Made by a program: the position numbers and the translations under genes
Source of the DNA: Diadema antillarum
Taxonomy: Eukaryota
Assembly (NCBI RefSeq): GCF_040938485.1
Contig: NW_027270961.1
Coordinates: forward strand, 2,728,001-2,792,000
Length of the DNA: 64,000 nt
Direction: 5' to 3'
Shown here: one piece after another, positions 10,689 through 24,600 of the stretch
How the letters are laid out: every line of letters begins with the position of its first letter
Position numbering within the stretch: position 1 is the first letter of the stretch
The notes under the pieces: model-generated
Told to the model about the DNA's origin: nothing
Database searches by the model: none
What the model saw: the letters and a program-made list of their open reading frames with translations, nothing else

Positions 10689-13600
10689 CGAATCCCCTGG
10701 TATCGACACAACTGGAGCTGAGATTCACAGATCATCGTGTTTCGCAAATACATTGTATGCTAAATAGAGTTTGCATGAAATGATGAGATATGTATGGATA
10801 CTAATCAAAACGTGCTGGAGAAATCTTGTTGTCATTGTCCGTTTATCAGAAACAAACATTGTTATACTTTGATCACCCCTGTGGTGTCAAACTTTCTTTG
10901 ACTGTGAATAAATCTCAAATATCTTGGCGACTTTGATAAAATTCACAATAATAACAACAGGAACAGGTAAATATCACTCTGCTTAAGCTTCTCCTGACAA
11001 AATACAAGAGGTCATTCGATCAATGCCTTCTCTCCTCTGTAAACTCTAGGTTTGATATCTGCGCTTCACATTATTCCATCTTAACCACAAACCTAAGCTC
11101 TCAAGAATACATTAAGGACAATTACAATGACATTAATCAAGTAATCGTACAGCCTCTCTAGGGGACCAAAACCGTTACAGGAAACATGCACAACGGGTAC
11201 TGATCACTTTGTGTGTTTCCGTATGTACATTTGTTGCTAGTATCGCTCCCGACAGCAGACCCAGTGTATTTATTTTTCCATTCTTTTGACATTCAAAACC
11301 ACTCGAATACAAATTGCAGGATACACAAAAGTTCATTAGGCTAAGTATGATTGATTAAAACTCACGTGAATGTCTGACGAACACTCGTCATTCTTTTTCT
11401 CCCCTGCGCACACAAGGTTATTCACAAAAATGTCATGGAGTCTAATGTTGAGCACAAAGAGAAGATCAAGTCCTTACGTGATGGAATTGAGATTGAAGTG
11501 ATGCACAAAGTTCAATTATTTGGGAGTTTTATTCTTTGCGAGGCAAATTTGTAGTGCAATTAAACTTTCTGAGACATTTTTGTTTTGCATTGTTTGCACA
11601 CATAGAAACAGCCCAGATGAGCACAGGCTATTGATACTGCATTGGTTGATAAAACTCTACAGCCTGATTTCTCTCATTTCTATGCTCGAAAACATAAAAA
11701 AACCCTCTGATAAGCTATTAAATATGAATGCCTTGTAAGAGACTAATGAGAAACACACTGAAGTGCATGTTGAAGAAGACAATTATAGCTTACAAGCATT
11801 CGCTGTATCACAGCATTGGTCCGTCACTAGCTTCTCATTCTGGATAGCCACGTGTTCAGTCCAATAGTCCAGGAACATCGACGTCTAAAAAGTTCCTGTT
11901 TACACCACACCTGCTGTCTATTTTAATCGGTTGATTGCGAGTGAAATGTTTTCTGATGTCAGCGCAATTGTTGTTTCTTTCGAAATCGTTCCTTCCACAA
12001 ATCGCCTTTCTCTGTGTCGACTTCACTGCCTCGCTGTGATAGCTAAATGTCCTGTCAGTGTTACATAATAATATTCGTTGCTATGTCGGGCAGATACCTT
12101 TGGCGATCCTAGAGAGTTACGAAGGGCAACCATTGTTATGATAATTCTAGGCATGTGGGGTTTTTTTGTAACCATATTTGAACGCTTAGTTATGAACATT
12201 AAAGGTAAAAGCACAACATACAGACTTGCAATAAGTTATCATATGTGACTTTCATTTTAGCTGAATCTTTTCACAAAATTTTCCTACCTTTATTCTGAAG
12301 GACATCTAACCAGAATATATTTCAGCAAGGAGACATCGAAGGTTACTAAAAAAAGAGAGATTAGCACAAAAAGTGATTTTCGCAATCTGCTTTAGGATCT
12401 ATACCGTTGTCCACTCAAGAAACTCTAAAACCCTCTCCCCCAGGTCATTGTCCAATCTTTGTCGTCTATAAAATTTCCCTGCAAGAAAAACCACAGCGAG
12501 ATTTGCACGTGGATAATGACGAGATAGAAAGCAGATTACTTTACACGACTTTAAATCGGATCTACCATCGGATACAAGAACGCTTGAAAGAGTGAGTGGT
12601 CGCTTTTCGTTGGGAAAACCCGTCGTTTTGTCACAGGAAAGATATCCTGAAGTTGATAGTGGAAAGATTCGCCATCTTGAACAGTTGAAACGAAACCTCA
12701 CAATTGAACGTACATTTTTTTTTTTTATTCCTGTACCAAGTAAACGAAACAAATCGACGCTCTGCACAATGAGTTACTATGAGACTTAGATCCTGCCTAT
12801 ATTCTGGGGGGAAAATAGTAGAAGTAAAATTCCCATGTCTGGATCACAAACAGCTATGATCGCCGAGAAAAAAAAAACATTATGTAAAAATAATTGCTCG
12901 TTAATGTTTTAGTTGTTTTGTCTTAATTGCCATGCACTATACGTAATGATACAGATGAAGCGTTGAAATTGACGGGAGTCGGAGTTTAATGGCTGTTTCG
13001 CACCGTCGATCTGGAATCCTCTGCAGTCCGCGTTCGTTGGCTAACCATTGAAAGACTTTTTCACAGTGAGAATAGACTGTCCACGCTTGAATGCCGAATT
13101 TCAACAGAATGCGGCAAATTTTAGCCTACGCTATTCGGAGCAATGTTATAAGCCCGTTTACTGCCTTCTATTCTGATTTGTGTGCTCATGTATTAATCGC
13201 TCTTTTTTTAAAAGCATGCTGGTGACTTTTAACGTAGTTTATTACAGTGTAATCTAGTTGTTATAAAACAGACCGTAGATAACTTTTCTCTTCAGTCAAT
13301 GCTGTAACATAACGCGTCATGATTTTATGCAATGTTTCTGCTTATTCAATAAAAAAAATGTACAGTAGAACAGAGTTTCGTGTAGATTACGTTCAAGAAC
13401 CCAAGAAGATGATCTGTTGTTGCGTTCGACAACAACATTGACGTGTACGCATGTGACAATAGATGACAACATTGTTTCTTCCTTGCGTTTTTCTCATTTC
13501 ATCCGATACAAATTAACGTCGCATTGCATACCTGGTCGGCAACGCGTCATCGAATTTGAAAGATGGCAAATTTTTGTGCTTTGTGTTGCTTCTATAACCT

Positions 13601-15635
13601 ACAAAAGGGAAGTACCGCAGACCAAGCAGTTCACAGCGGCTTCTTCATAAATGGCGCGGCTGGTATGGTCTTATGCTGTGGAAGACACGACCGCTTTTTT
13701 GTGACAATGAAGACGTGGAGCGTTTAGATTTTCAAACGATATAGAAAGCGTTAAATATTTGGAAAATTTAGTATTAAGGAGAGCGTGGAGTGTACTGTCA
13801 GTCAATTAAACTATAATTATCTTTTATATATAAGGATCAGCCAGAAGCATGGTAATTGCTGCCATGCTGTTGTTTTGGTGTTGTGAACGTACCAGTATTC
13901 AGTGGAAATCTTACGTTAATACAGGGTGTGATGATGCATGGGGAAGTGCATGTCACGAGCAGTTCTTCACACATAATCTGATCAAATACTTCATTTGGAA
14001 TGAAATAGAAAGTTTCTGAATGCTACATGGCGTTTATGATAAGACATACTGACATGTTACTATAAGGAAGTAATGAACCCTGTGAACTTTCGATCTCGCG
14101 ACATTTCATCCTGTGATTTCCGACTGAAAAGGAAGACAGCAGAAGTTACTGACATATATGGAAATGAAGGAGATTTTGCAATCGGCCCAAAATGCACCGC
14201 CTTTGTTTGCAATTGACAATCCCTTTTGACACTGGGAGCATTGGGCAACATCCTGTCCGTTTATCCTTCACCATATCTGCTATGGTGGCAGAAATGTAGT
14301 TTGCAAGTGTTCAAGTCTTCTAACTGTGTCAGGCAGTCCGTGTTTTTCAAGTTCGTTTGTTTGTTGATTAGACTGGAGATATCCAGTTTATGATGGTCAT
14401 CGTTTTGCTGATTAGCGATGAAATCTAACGAATAGGCTGTTAATCTCCCTTTAATCTGTTTTATTGTTCTTTTCTTCCTTGATACATCGTCACTTTTAAC
14501 TGCTTTATGTGCTTGTACGCAGGTAATGTGAAATATAATCAAGAAGCCGTGTGAATAAAAGCCAATAATAAATTCTGTATATATATATTTTTAAAGGAAA
14601 AATCATTATCGTGACACACTCTGAAATTAAGCTCATCAAAACATCGGCCATGTGAATTATCAAACTTCAGCTGTACATAATCTATTCAGTTTATACCGTA
14701 TACAAAGGCAGGACCACTGGTGAAGTAAACATCACTTATACTGCGTTTCCTTGAAGATTGCGATGAATAAGAAAAATTCAGATCGCGAGAAATAGCACGT
14801 GGTAAACATAATGTTCACTATACAAACAAATAGATCAGCAGATCAACAAACAAACAAACAAACAAAGGACACAAACGATCAACAATGACTTCACGAGGTC
14901 GTGTTAGTTTGGGCAGTAGCTCCGTGGATGGAGGACTTCTTATGTACACATCGACGCGTTCAGGTCGGTTGGAATGCCCTCGCTCACTTGCGCCTTTCTT
15001 TGCCGCTTTCTATGTGGGAATACCGAGGATAGTTCTGTATTGTCATACAAGGGATTTGTCTTGAAGTTTGTATGTATTAACCTGAATGTTTCTCAGTTTT
15101 ACTCCACACGCTCTGCCATCAGAGAAGTGGGACATCTTGCCTATGGTTTTCGTCATGCGAGACTTGGGAAATACTGACATCTCATTCTGAACAAAACAAA
15201 ATACAAACGAAAACTGCGTGAAATTGCCCATTTGAATTCATTCGATGATCTGATTTGCATTTTGTGGAATCAGTCTTTATTCGCCTTTGTTTATTATGAT
15301 AATACGTTTATCTAACCGAAAACCCATTAAAGCAAGATGGTTGTTTGACATAAAGCCACGTGATACGCCTTAACAAAAGCACAAATACGGCACCACTGCA
15401 GGAATCAGTGAAGAGTGGCCTGGGTTTGTGCCGTAACTTCCTTAGTAACCGCTTTCTGCTGGAAGCCAATCCAAGCTACTAGTATATACCTTACTGTAGC
15501 GTCGCTGTAGGGGGTGCGTGTACAACGCACCCTCTATTTCTGTCGAAAAACAAAAAAGACCTTTATACCCAGTGGGCGAATTCTATTCTTGCGTAGAGCT
15601 AGTGAAACATTCATATCAATAGAAGTCTTCATAAT

Positions 15636-16719
15636 TAGTCCATGGGCCAGGCCAGATATTGGTACCATCTGAGGTGGCAAAACCTTTTTGGTGTCATTTT
15701 GTTTGTCGGGCATAGATATGCTTATCAAGCTATGATAGCATTTCCAAATGAGTAGCTTAGTCATAGTAAATGAATTTTTAACCAATTTGGTCTCGTTGTT
15801 ATGTCCCTATACTTCTGAACCGAAACTAACCGCTATACAAAGAAGAGCACTGTCTTCTGTATGTTCCATAGAGCTGTAAAATGCAGCTCTGTGGTATGTT
15901 CACAGGTGTTCTGTTGTAAACGCGGTGCGCTTAGTCTTTATTCAAGGCAGCGAAAGGAATATCCAAAGGTTATGATGTCCACAGCGCTCAGTCTTTATTC
16001 TAGACGGCGAAGGGAATATCCAAAGCGTATGATACAGTGTATATCCTTTTATCTAAAAACAACAACAACAAAAGCAATTCCTCGTTAATTTTACCGTATC
16101 TTTCAATTATTTATCATTTTCCGACGAAAACGCTACGGTAAAAACGCTGATACCACGCCAATGTCGCTTTATTTCCCTCCAACAATATAAGATAATGCAA
16201 ACACAATGTACCGATACACTACGATACATTATAATGAATGATATTGTCAATGAACAGAATGATTTTTGTTTAAAACTGATGTATTTGTTGATAGGGTAGT
16301 ATAAAAACAGTATAGATAATCCCTTTTATGAGGAACTTTAGATATGATAACGGTACATTGGTCTAGATAAAGACTAAGCGCACCGCGTGACAGCTGTGGA
16401 CATCATAACCCTTTGGATATTCCCTTCGCTGCCTTGACTGAAGACTAAGCACACCGCGTTTACAACAGAACACCTGTGGACATACAGAAGGCAGTGCTCT
16501 TCTTTGTATAGCGGTTTAGTTTCGATTCAGAAGTATAGGGATATAAAAACGAGACCAAATTGGTTAAAAATTCATTTATTATGACTAAGCTACTCATTTG
16601 GAAATGCTATCATAGCTTGATAAGCATATCTATGCCCGACAAACAAACTGACACCAAAAAGGTTGTGCCACCTCAGATGGTACCAACAACCCATTTTTCG
16701 GGTCTTGGCCCATGGACTA
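15636..16719. mobile_element. Academ-type non-autonomous element, 1084 bp, copy A (uninterrupted)
   Basis: Ends are TAGTCCATGGGCCA and TGGCCCATGGACTA, with a 3-bp TSD AAT at 15633-15635 and 16720-16722 and TIRs of roughly 350-400 bp. TAG..CTA ends with a 3-bp TSD are characteristic of Academ. Confidence 0.8.
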
Positions 16720-19379
16720 AATGTCTTATTCGCAAGCACCGAAATGGTCTTAGTACATCGAATATGACATGAGGTGACTGAATTCCTACATAACTTTGAT
16801 CAGCTTTGATATTATGATCGTCAAGAATGTGCCTAAGGTTTTTGCTAGCTTTGCTATAAGCCTGAATTACTTTGTGAAGCTACGAAGAGATCATAGGCCA
16901 GTTGGAATCAAATTACGATATGAAATTAAGAACATGAAATATACACCCCAACACACAACGGCTTATGGCCAATATCCCGGTTTATGAAGTTGTACAGTAC
17001 ACATTACGGAAAAGAATACCGACTTTGTGAATTTTATACGCCTTCTGTTAGGAGCTAAAAAAAAGACAGAACTTGGAAAAAGAGACTGTGGTTGTCCGTA
17101 TCCTTCCGGGGTCTCTGCCGGCTTTTCCGGCTCATGGGGAAACAGCGCGGCAGTGGTGCCGGTAAAGATAGTGTGGTATAGCCATACTGTAGTGCCTGTC
17201 CTGTAGAATTGACTAACATTGAGTGCATATTGATGCACCATAATCCTCGAGGGGAAAACATTCGTTTTATTCGTTTCACTGAAGAGAAATAAGAGCTCCT
17301 TTACTTCCTACAATATTCGCACTTATATTGTAGTGACATAATCGCGACTAATACACAAATACGTATCCATGTCATGTACTCGAATGGATAGGGCCTACTA
17401 CTTGCACTTTTGTTTTTCGAATCTGATTATTTTTACTTTGGAAACCTGTTTGAATAACATGGTAATTTCGAGCCTCATATTATTGAGTTCATGTTTGTGT
17501 GTATATGCTATAGGTACATGCATTATACTTCAATCGCTCAGTCACGGAAATCGGAGCTTACGATTCTACAGCAAGGGAGATGGAAACCTTTCTTCATAAA
17601 ATGTATAGTATCATGCATAATTAAGATTGATTAGACATGAAAATGTAATCATTCTATTTCACTATGTATTTTACTCGCATGTACCTTGGTGGTAGTTCTT
17701 TGACAGAGGCAGATTTGTGAATATCATTCTCTGATCTGTGACGCAGGCAAGAACGATTTACACTCGAACAAGAATTTACAGAAACTATACAGGAGAAAAT
17801 AAAACAATCATCTGATTGCTTCTGCATGTTTGTATATAGGTCTCATTATTCCATAAATCATGAAAAGAAAGTTAAATGGTATTTGGTTGAGGAATTCATA
17901 TACGAGTAGTTCCTTTGGGTTTTCCTCGCTTATTATAGTGTAAACTGATTGGGGAGAACTGTTGTACCCTGATACCCACTACATACTACGTGCATGTTAG
18001 TTACTTAAAGACCAAATCAACATAGTGCGGTTATTTATTTATTTTTTGCCTTATATAAAATGTAATTTGTTACTAAATATGAAAAAAAATCACCTGCAGT
18101 CATGGAATGAAAGCGGATATCCAGGACACTTCCAAACATAAACAACGGTGACCTATGTTTTCAGTGAAATTTCAAAGCTAACCCTTGATATCATCCTGTC
18201 ATTTGGCTCAAAAGAAACCTTCTAAGTGCCCATCTTATCGTTCAGAATCAGCATGAAGATTTCTCAAAGCATTTCTGCACCAAATTTCTCTGAATAACGT
18301 GCAGACAACGGGTTCTGTTTTGGGTTTTTTTTTTGCTGTATTAATTGAAACATATATACAATGTTAGACAACGGGTACTTGCATGAGAGTTCGCAGCTCG
18401 CACCGAGTGCGTGACAATGACGTTCTGTGCGGATATTGATGCGATTCCACCGTTACTCCCGCTCCTGTAAATGAGATGCCTGTCGCATCATGCCTCACTC
18501 GTTAAGTAAAATGAAAGAGCGAATTCAAATCAATTTGTTCTTCCAACTTACCATTTTTCATGTTTCCTTATTACTTCTGGCTAGCAGGAAAATGAAAAGA
18601 GAGAAGTTAAAAAGAGCAGTCACTCCTTTTATAGCTTTTTCTTCCTCAGTCGACAGTCTCGCCTTCGTAATATGTGATGACGCAACGTCCGTCCATGCCA
18701 CACCCTATCCTGATATTTTGGTGAAGAATTTCTTAATAAATCATAAAACAATGCCGCTTATTTAACATTCCATGCCAGGGATCAGAAGGCTGAAGTCACG
18801 TCCAAAGGAGGATATTAAGCGTTGGAGAATATCTGACGAAGATCGGAGACAAAAATCGTCACCCTACAACGAGCGAGCATTCATCCACTTTGCGCATTTG
18901 CATAAAAAATTTCAAGGGCCGACGCTTCGAAAATGAGCGTCTACCATTTGAGTTATTTCATAATACAACTTGTTAACACTAGTTTTGGAAATACCCGCAA
19001 CCCCCTCAAAATTACAGGAAGGAGATCAAGGAGTAACATCGAACGCGGAGATGCCGAATTATTTTCATCTCTCAAAATCCCGCCACTTGGCCGGTCTATT
19101 GAGCTGCGTCAAAATCAACAGAGAAGTGGAGGTCAGCCACCGGGCACAAAATGGTACACACCAAAAAATATATATGTATTTGACACACATTATCATAGCT
19201 CCTTCACTACGTCATGCACAAACCTACCTGTGTCGTAGATACACACAGAGTTGAGCTGTACTCGGACAGAGATTGGCAACTTTAGACCAGTTTTTAGAGG
19301 AATCCGATATTCGTCAGTCACTGACACAACTTTCTCCCAAAGTTAAATCCATTAGTAAGTAAATCCTCGGCAAGGTTTC

Positions 19380-19600
19380 CTATGGCAAAACCGGAAATCG
19401 GTCTGAAAAGTGGAATTTCCCACCGGTAAACACTGCGGAGAGGGAGGGGCGGGGACCCTCCGGTCTCAGCGTCTATGACACAACTGAGCATAAACTATGC
19501 GGCTTGGTATGTCGAGTGGATTCAATGACGCATGCGCAGTGTCGTCGACAACTTGGAGCTGGATCGCTCTTGCGTGCTCATTGGTCCCAATGCGACATAC
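19380..19600. promoter_or_regulatory. Promoter-like CpG-rich patch
   Basis: Clustered motifs: ETS-like ACCGGAAAT (19390-19398), GC box GGGGCGGGG (19446-19454), CRE/NRF1-like TGACGCATGCGCAG (19526-19539) and reverse CCAAT (19580-19584). Evidence is motif content only. Confidence 0.4.
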
Positions 19601-22600
19601 GGGCTTGTGAGGAAGAACATTACTGGCTGGATTATAGGGAATGGTGTGATATTCATGATAATATATTCTTGCATAGCATAGTATGCATTCATTATGCTTA
19701 CAGCATGTCAGAGTTCATTTTCATTCGATTGAAACCTGCATCTTTCTGAAAACCTCACGTAACGTTGCACAAGGCGGTGAAAGAATATCAGCTCTTCTAG
19801 ATGTACATATCGATGGCATGAAATCATGGCGAACATAATAATCCCCGCAAAACGGTACTCCAATGTTAATTTCACCTGATTACTATATTGTGGCCTCTCT
19901 CAAACTTCATTATCTACATTCTGCTTGTCACAGAAGATGATTCCCAAAATACGATTGTATGTATTCACAGAACGCAATATCATGAACAGTTGCTGTGTTG
20001 CACTGCTGCAGTAATGCAATGGGAGATATAGTTTATAGTTGCGAGCACAAAAGCTTTGTGATAAAACAAAAATAAACATGTAAATGAAAGAATTATGATA
20101 ATAGAGCCAACTAAGTATGTGAAATATGGTCATGTGTATACATACCCCATAGCTTGTACAGGCGGTCAGACTTAAAATGACAACAACAAGAGCAAACAAA
20201 TTACTGCATGTTTTCGTAATATATAAGAAAGTATTGGAAACGAAACATAACATTAAGAGAATGAACTGGTCCGGTGATTGTGCATAGACGCGCCATCAAT
20301 GAAGTCTCTGGGGGACTTTTCTCGCTTGGAAATCAATCGATCACGAGTTCATTCACATCTTCAGTATTACAGCATGTAGCTAGATTGATTTGACCCATAA
20401 TTCATATATCATCATTGTTGTGCAAATCATGCGCACAATCATACATGTAAGAAGGGGAACACACTCAAATCCTATCACTACGGCAAGGGGCCACACAATA
20501 CGCGGAATCTGTATTTGCTTCATTGACATTATTAACACAGAACCCTAATTTTTAAACTTATACATTTTTGAAAGAGACATTGTTCTTGGTAGTGTAGTAT
20601 CCATTCATCATACTGGGAATCATATATACTTGCAGCCTATCAATCGCAAGTAAGGATTAATTTTTATATGCGTATTTCGTGAAGAGCGATTATTGTAATA
20701 ATTACATGGTCCGATGGAAGGTTCTTGGGAATTATGATGTTAGTATGACAAAAGTTATATGTTGTTGCAGTATATTCTAATAAAATGTGTTTCAGGGTTA
20801 TGTTGAGTGAAGACATTGACGTGCTTTTTTTTTTTTTTTTTTTGGATACTATGGTCAGAAAGCAATACCTTCAATTTCACTTTAAACCTTTTTGGTGAGA
20901 TATGCTAATAAAAGTTCTGGGTTCTCCAAATAAAAGTCATGCCATCAGTTATGCTTTGTATTTCTCCATCTCTCGGTGCCTTTCTCTGTGTGCTCGTATT
21001 TCTATGACACTGTCGATATGTTATCCTTAGCCTATTTTTACTCTAGACACAACATAACTGTAATAATTGTAAACATAATTCTGAATGTCAAATACCTGAC
21101 TTACAGCCTTTAATAGCCAAGTAAGTCAATGGACCTTGAAAATGAAAAACTTAAATTAAATTGATGTAAGTAAACAGTCAGTGATTAAAAAAAAAGATGT
21201 TCATATGCTATTGTCCCATTCCTTTACATTCCTTGTCATTAACCCTGCTCTTCGGCCGTGTGATCCAGAACACGCTCCACGAGCTGCACATCGCCTGCTC
21301 GCTCACTCATTTTGCGGCTGTTTTCCGCCGACGACATAGTAGTAAGACACGAGCTGGTTGTGAGCTGGCGGTGAGCTGGCGGTATTATTATGAGCGCTGC
21401 AAATGCGAAGTTTGGACTATGTGCGTGGTACGCGCGGAATAGACAGCTATAGCCCTTGCTAATGCGCCTTGTGTTACTGCTCTGGGATCCTTTTGTCTGC
21501 TGTTTATTTGATGTGGTTGTTATTTTTTATTAAAACATTTTGTGTCATCCAGCTCAAGTTAGACCTTTCTTTTTTGTTTTCGATTGATATGAATCTTATA
21601 ATGAATCAAGTTCCTTATCTTAGCAGATTATTCTACATGTGCGCATTTGTATGACAATCGTGGATTAACTTTGCTGCTTCCGATATTTGAAACGCTTTCC
21701 ATGCAGATAGGAGACGAGTGTCTTCATTAGCAACGTCTAGGAACCATGAATAATACTCCTATTTCATATTTCATTTACCCATCGTTCAAAAGGAGTGGAC
21801 AGCGTATATATATATATATATATCCTTTTAGAATACGTGTATGTACAAGTAAAAAAAAAAAACGTTTTCCATGAATCTACATTTTCATGAGATACGTATT
21901 TTAGCGCCATTAGCTGTTGACATTTCATGCAAAACAAAAAAAAAAATCGTTCTACAATCTACGCATTATTGGTTCTATATGCTAAAATAAACAACTTCTA
22001 CATGAAATATGCCACTAGTAGAAAAGCATCGAAGCATTCTCCATCATAGGCCGGCTAAATCAGTTTGAAAAATAGTAACGGGTGGCTGGCTAATATTTCA
22101 AGATGAATGGCCTTTGATGAAACACATGCGCACACATTTTTTAAATTTTGTAAGCACTTTTATATTGTATTCTTATGCCTCGTGTGATTCCTATATATTA
22201 AAGAAAATACAAGTAGGAGACTACTTGCCAAAGTCAACCATTTCAAATGAAGGGTGCATATTATGCTGTTTTCATTTTGGCCCACGATGATATTGAAGGT
22301 TTAATATCTACACGTCACTGATTCTCACTCCACCTTTTTACCTATATTCAGTTATTCCTAATGTCATACTTAAACAATCTGATGTGCATATTATTCCCTT
22401 GGAAAATAATTGGTAGCAAAAGTAGTTCTGACACATCTTTCATCTTTGACCCCTTATGCCACATTAACAGTACATTTTGGTATTTCCTACTTCGTCTTTA
22501 AAGTGTGCTTACTCCACGACAACACAACGACTCCCTCTTATTAGTCCAGATAGAGACAATAATACTTTTAAAATGTGGGCCCTTTTGAAGAAGAAAATCA

Positions 22601-22606
22601 GTACAA

Positions 22607-22608
22607 AT

Positions 22609-22640
<32 letters not shown>

Positions 22641-22679
22641 GCATATCTTTTTATATTTTATATCTCTACACATATATGT

Positions 22680-22762
<83 letters not shown>
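22607..22762. repeat. Compound (CA)n/(TA)n microsatellite
   Basis: Direct reading. It explains the I/Y-rich ORFs here; (GA)n and (CA)n runs follow to about 23035. Confidence 0.95.
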
Positions 22763-22764
<2 letters not shown>

Positions 22765-22994
22765 CTTCATGTAATATAATGTACAGCTGCAACATAGATA
22801 GAAAGGATACGAGTGAGCGGGGTTTTTTTCAAAGAGAGAGAGAGAGAGAGAGAGAAATGGAGAATACTAATGTTATTTCTATAGGTGGTATTATGGTGCA
22901 TTTAAAGAGTAACACCTATGCTCTTCAAACGCACACACGCTCTCTCCCTCTCTTGCGTGTACATATACATACATAGACACACACACACACACAA

Positions 22995-23033
<39 letters not shown>

Positions 23034-24110
23034 AACATAACACAGACCACTTCAGTTAATTACTCTCCTAATGAGATTATAACACCATGTATTTTGTACC
23101 GAGGGTGGATTACGCGTAATCACGTTAATTGTGATGTGCTTCAGAACCTTGTAGATGTAAATGCCGTAGCTCTCCTTCCTCTTCCTACTCCTCTTCTTGT
23201 TTTTGTTTTTATGAGCACCTATACAGTATACCATCTACACTCTCTTTACTTTCTCTTCTTCATTGTTGACAGTGCTACTGAATTTCCGCCAGCTTGAAGT
23301 TATGTGGAAACCATTCCTTTGTTTTGTTTTTATGACTTGATATGTTTGCATTATTGAATCGATGTTATAGTGTTGGATAGAATATTTGAACATGAGTATT
23401 AATGGCGGCAATCAAGACAACACGATAACAGTCACTTGTGCAATGTCTTATGACGGTGTACTCTGCAAGAAAAAAAAAGATGCTTTCCACTTAATAACCT
23501 TTTAAATTTCCTTCAAACAAAAACAAAGTTTCTCCCAGTTAGGGCCTTAAATGATGACGAATTAAAATCATTTCTCTCTAAGACTAACTTAAAATCATTG
23601 CACTCGTGACTTTAAACAATTCCTTCCCCTTTCTCTCTCTCGCTCCACAAAGCTCTGAAGGGGTTACGCAGTTGTCCTTAGTCAACGAGACTGTTTTGGT
23701 CTTTCTTAAAGTCATAATATTGGACAAATTTAAACTTTCAGAAGTTTTCGCACTCTCGGGTATTCAGTATAAAGGATAGAAAACATTGCTTCTGAGGTTT
23801 ACATCAATCTCTTTCACGCTAGATGTGATACCATCCCAATCCCCAACACACCATGAGAGGGATTAGTTGACAAGAAGGATAACTCTATTCTGAAAGTCCT
23901 CGAAATTGAGCCTTCATTATCTAGTCAAAGTTTTGTTTGCTTGAAACTGAATTTAAGAGGAGAAGAATATATTTTTGCCACCCCAAACCAGTAAAGCCTA
24001 TGCTTGAACTCGGAAGTACTTGAACGGCACCATAGATCTCTCGGTATGCATATAAAGTACACTATCTCATTTGATGAGCTTAATGAAGAATGGGTCCTTT
24101 GAAAAAAATG

Positions 24111-24380
24111 CATAGAAGACTGTAGTTCCGGGACACTTTCAAATTGAAGTCAAGAGCCTAAATCCGCTACACCCTTCTACAGAAGATATAAAGCCTTTCA
24201 AAGCATCATAAAGGGTTCTACATTAAGGGCGCCAACCATTTTTTTACCCTTTTAAAAAATTGGTCCTGTGAAGAAGTAGCATCTAGAAGACTGTATAGAT
24301 CAGTGACCTTTTCAAACTTTAGTCAATTGCTTAAATCCGCCACACCCTTCTTCAGAAGATGTAAAGCCTTTCAACACGTA
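24111..24380 (+). repeat. Diverged tandem duplication, period about 170 bp
   Basis: TAGAAGACTGTA...TAAATCCGCTACACCCTTCTACAGAAGATATAAAGCCTTTCAA recurs as TAGAAGACTGTA...TAAATCCGCCACACCCTTCTTCAGAAGATGTAAAGCCTTTCAA. Confidence 0.8.
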
Positions 24381-24497
24381 CATCAGAAAAAGGCACGAGA
24401 TTGAAGGGGCTACTCTTTCAGACTCTTACCACTAATATTTGTTAAAACACATTCAAACTTTATCAAATGCTCCACACACATCCACATCCACTTAAAA

Positions 24498-24509
24498 TAA
24501 CACACACAC

Positions 24510-24551
<42 letters not shown>

Positions 24552-24600
24552 ACACACTCACCATCACACACACACTCATGCATGCATGTATTCACACACA
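24498..24600. repeat. (CA)n microsatellite
   Basis: Direct reading of the sequence. Confidence 0.9.

Noticed and set aside
11400-12790. Protein-like fragments suggesting a decayed gene or transposase
   Set aside because: Frames are short and broken on both strands, and no motif could be recognised.
14200-14450. GPCR TM1-like string LLTLGALGNILSV
   Set aside because: It is surrounded by stops in all frames, with no further GPCR motifs or splice support.
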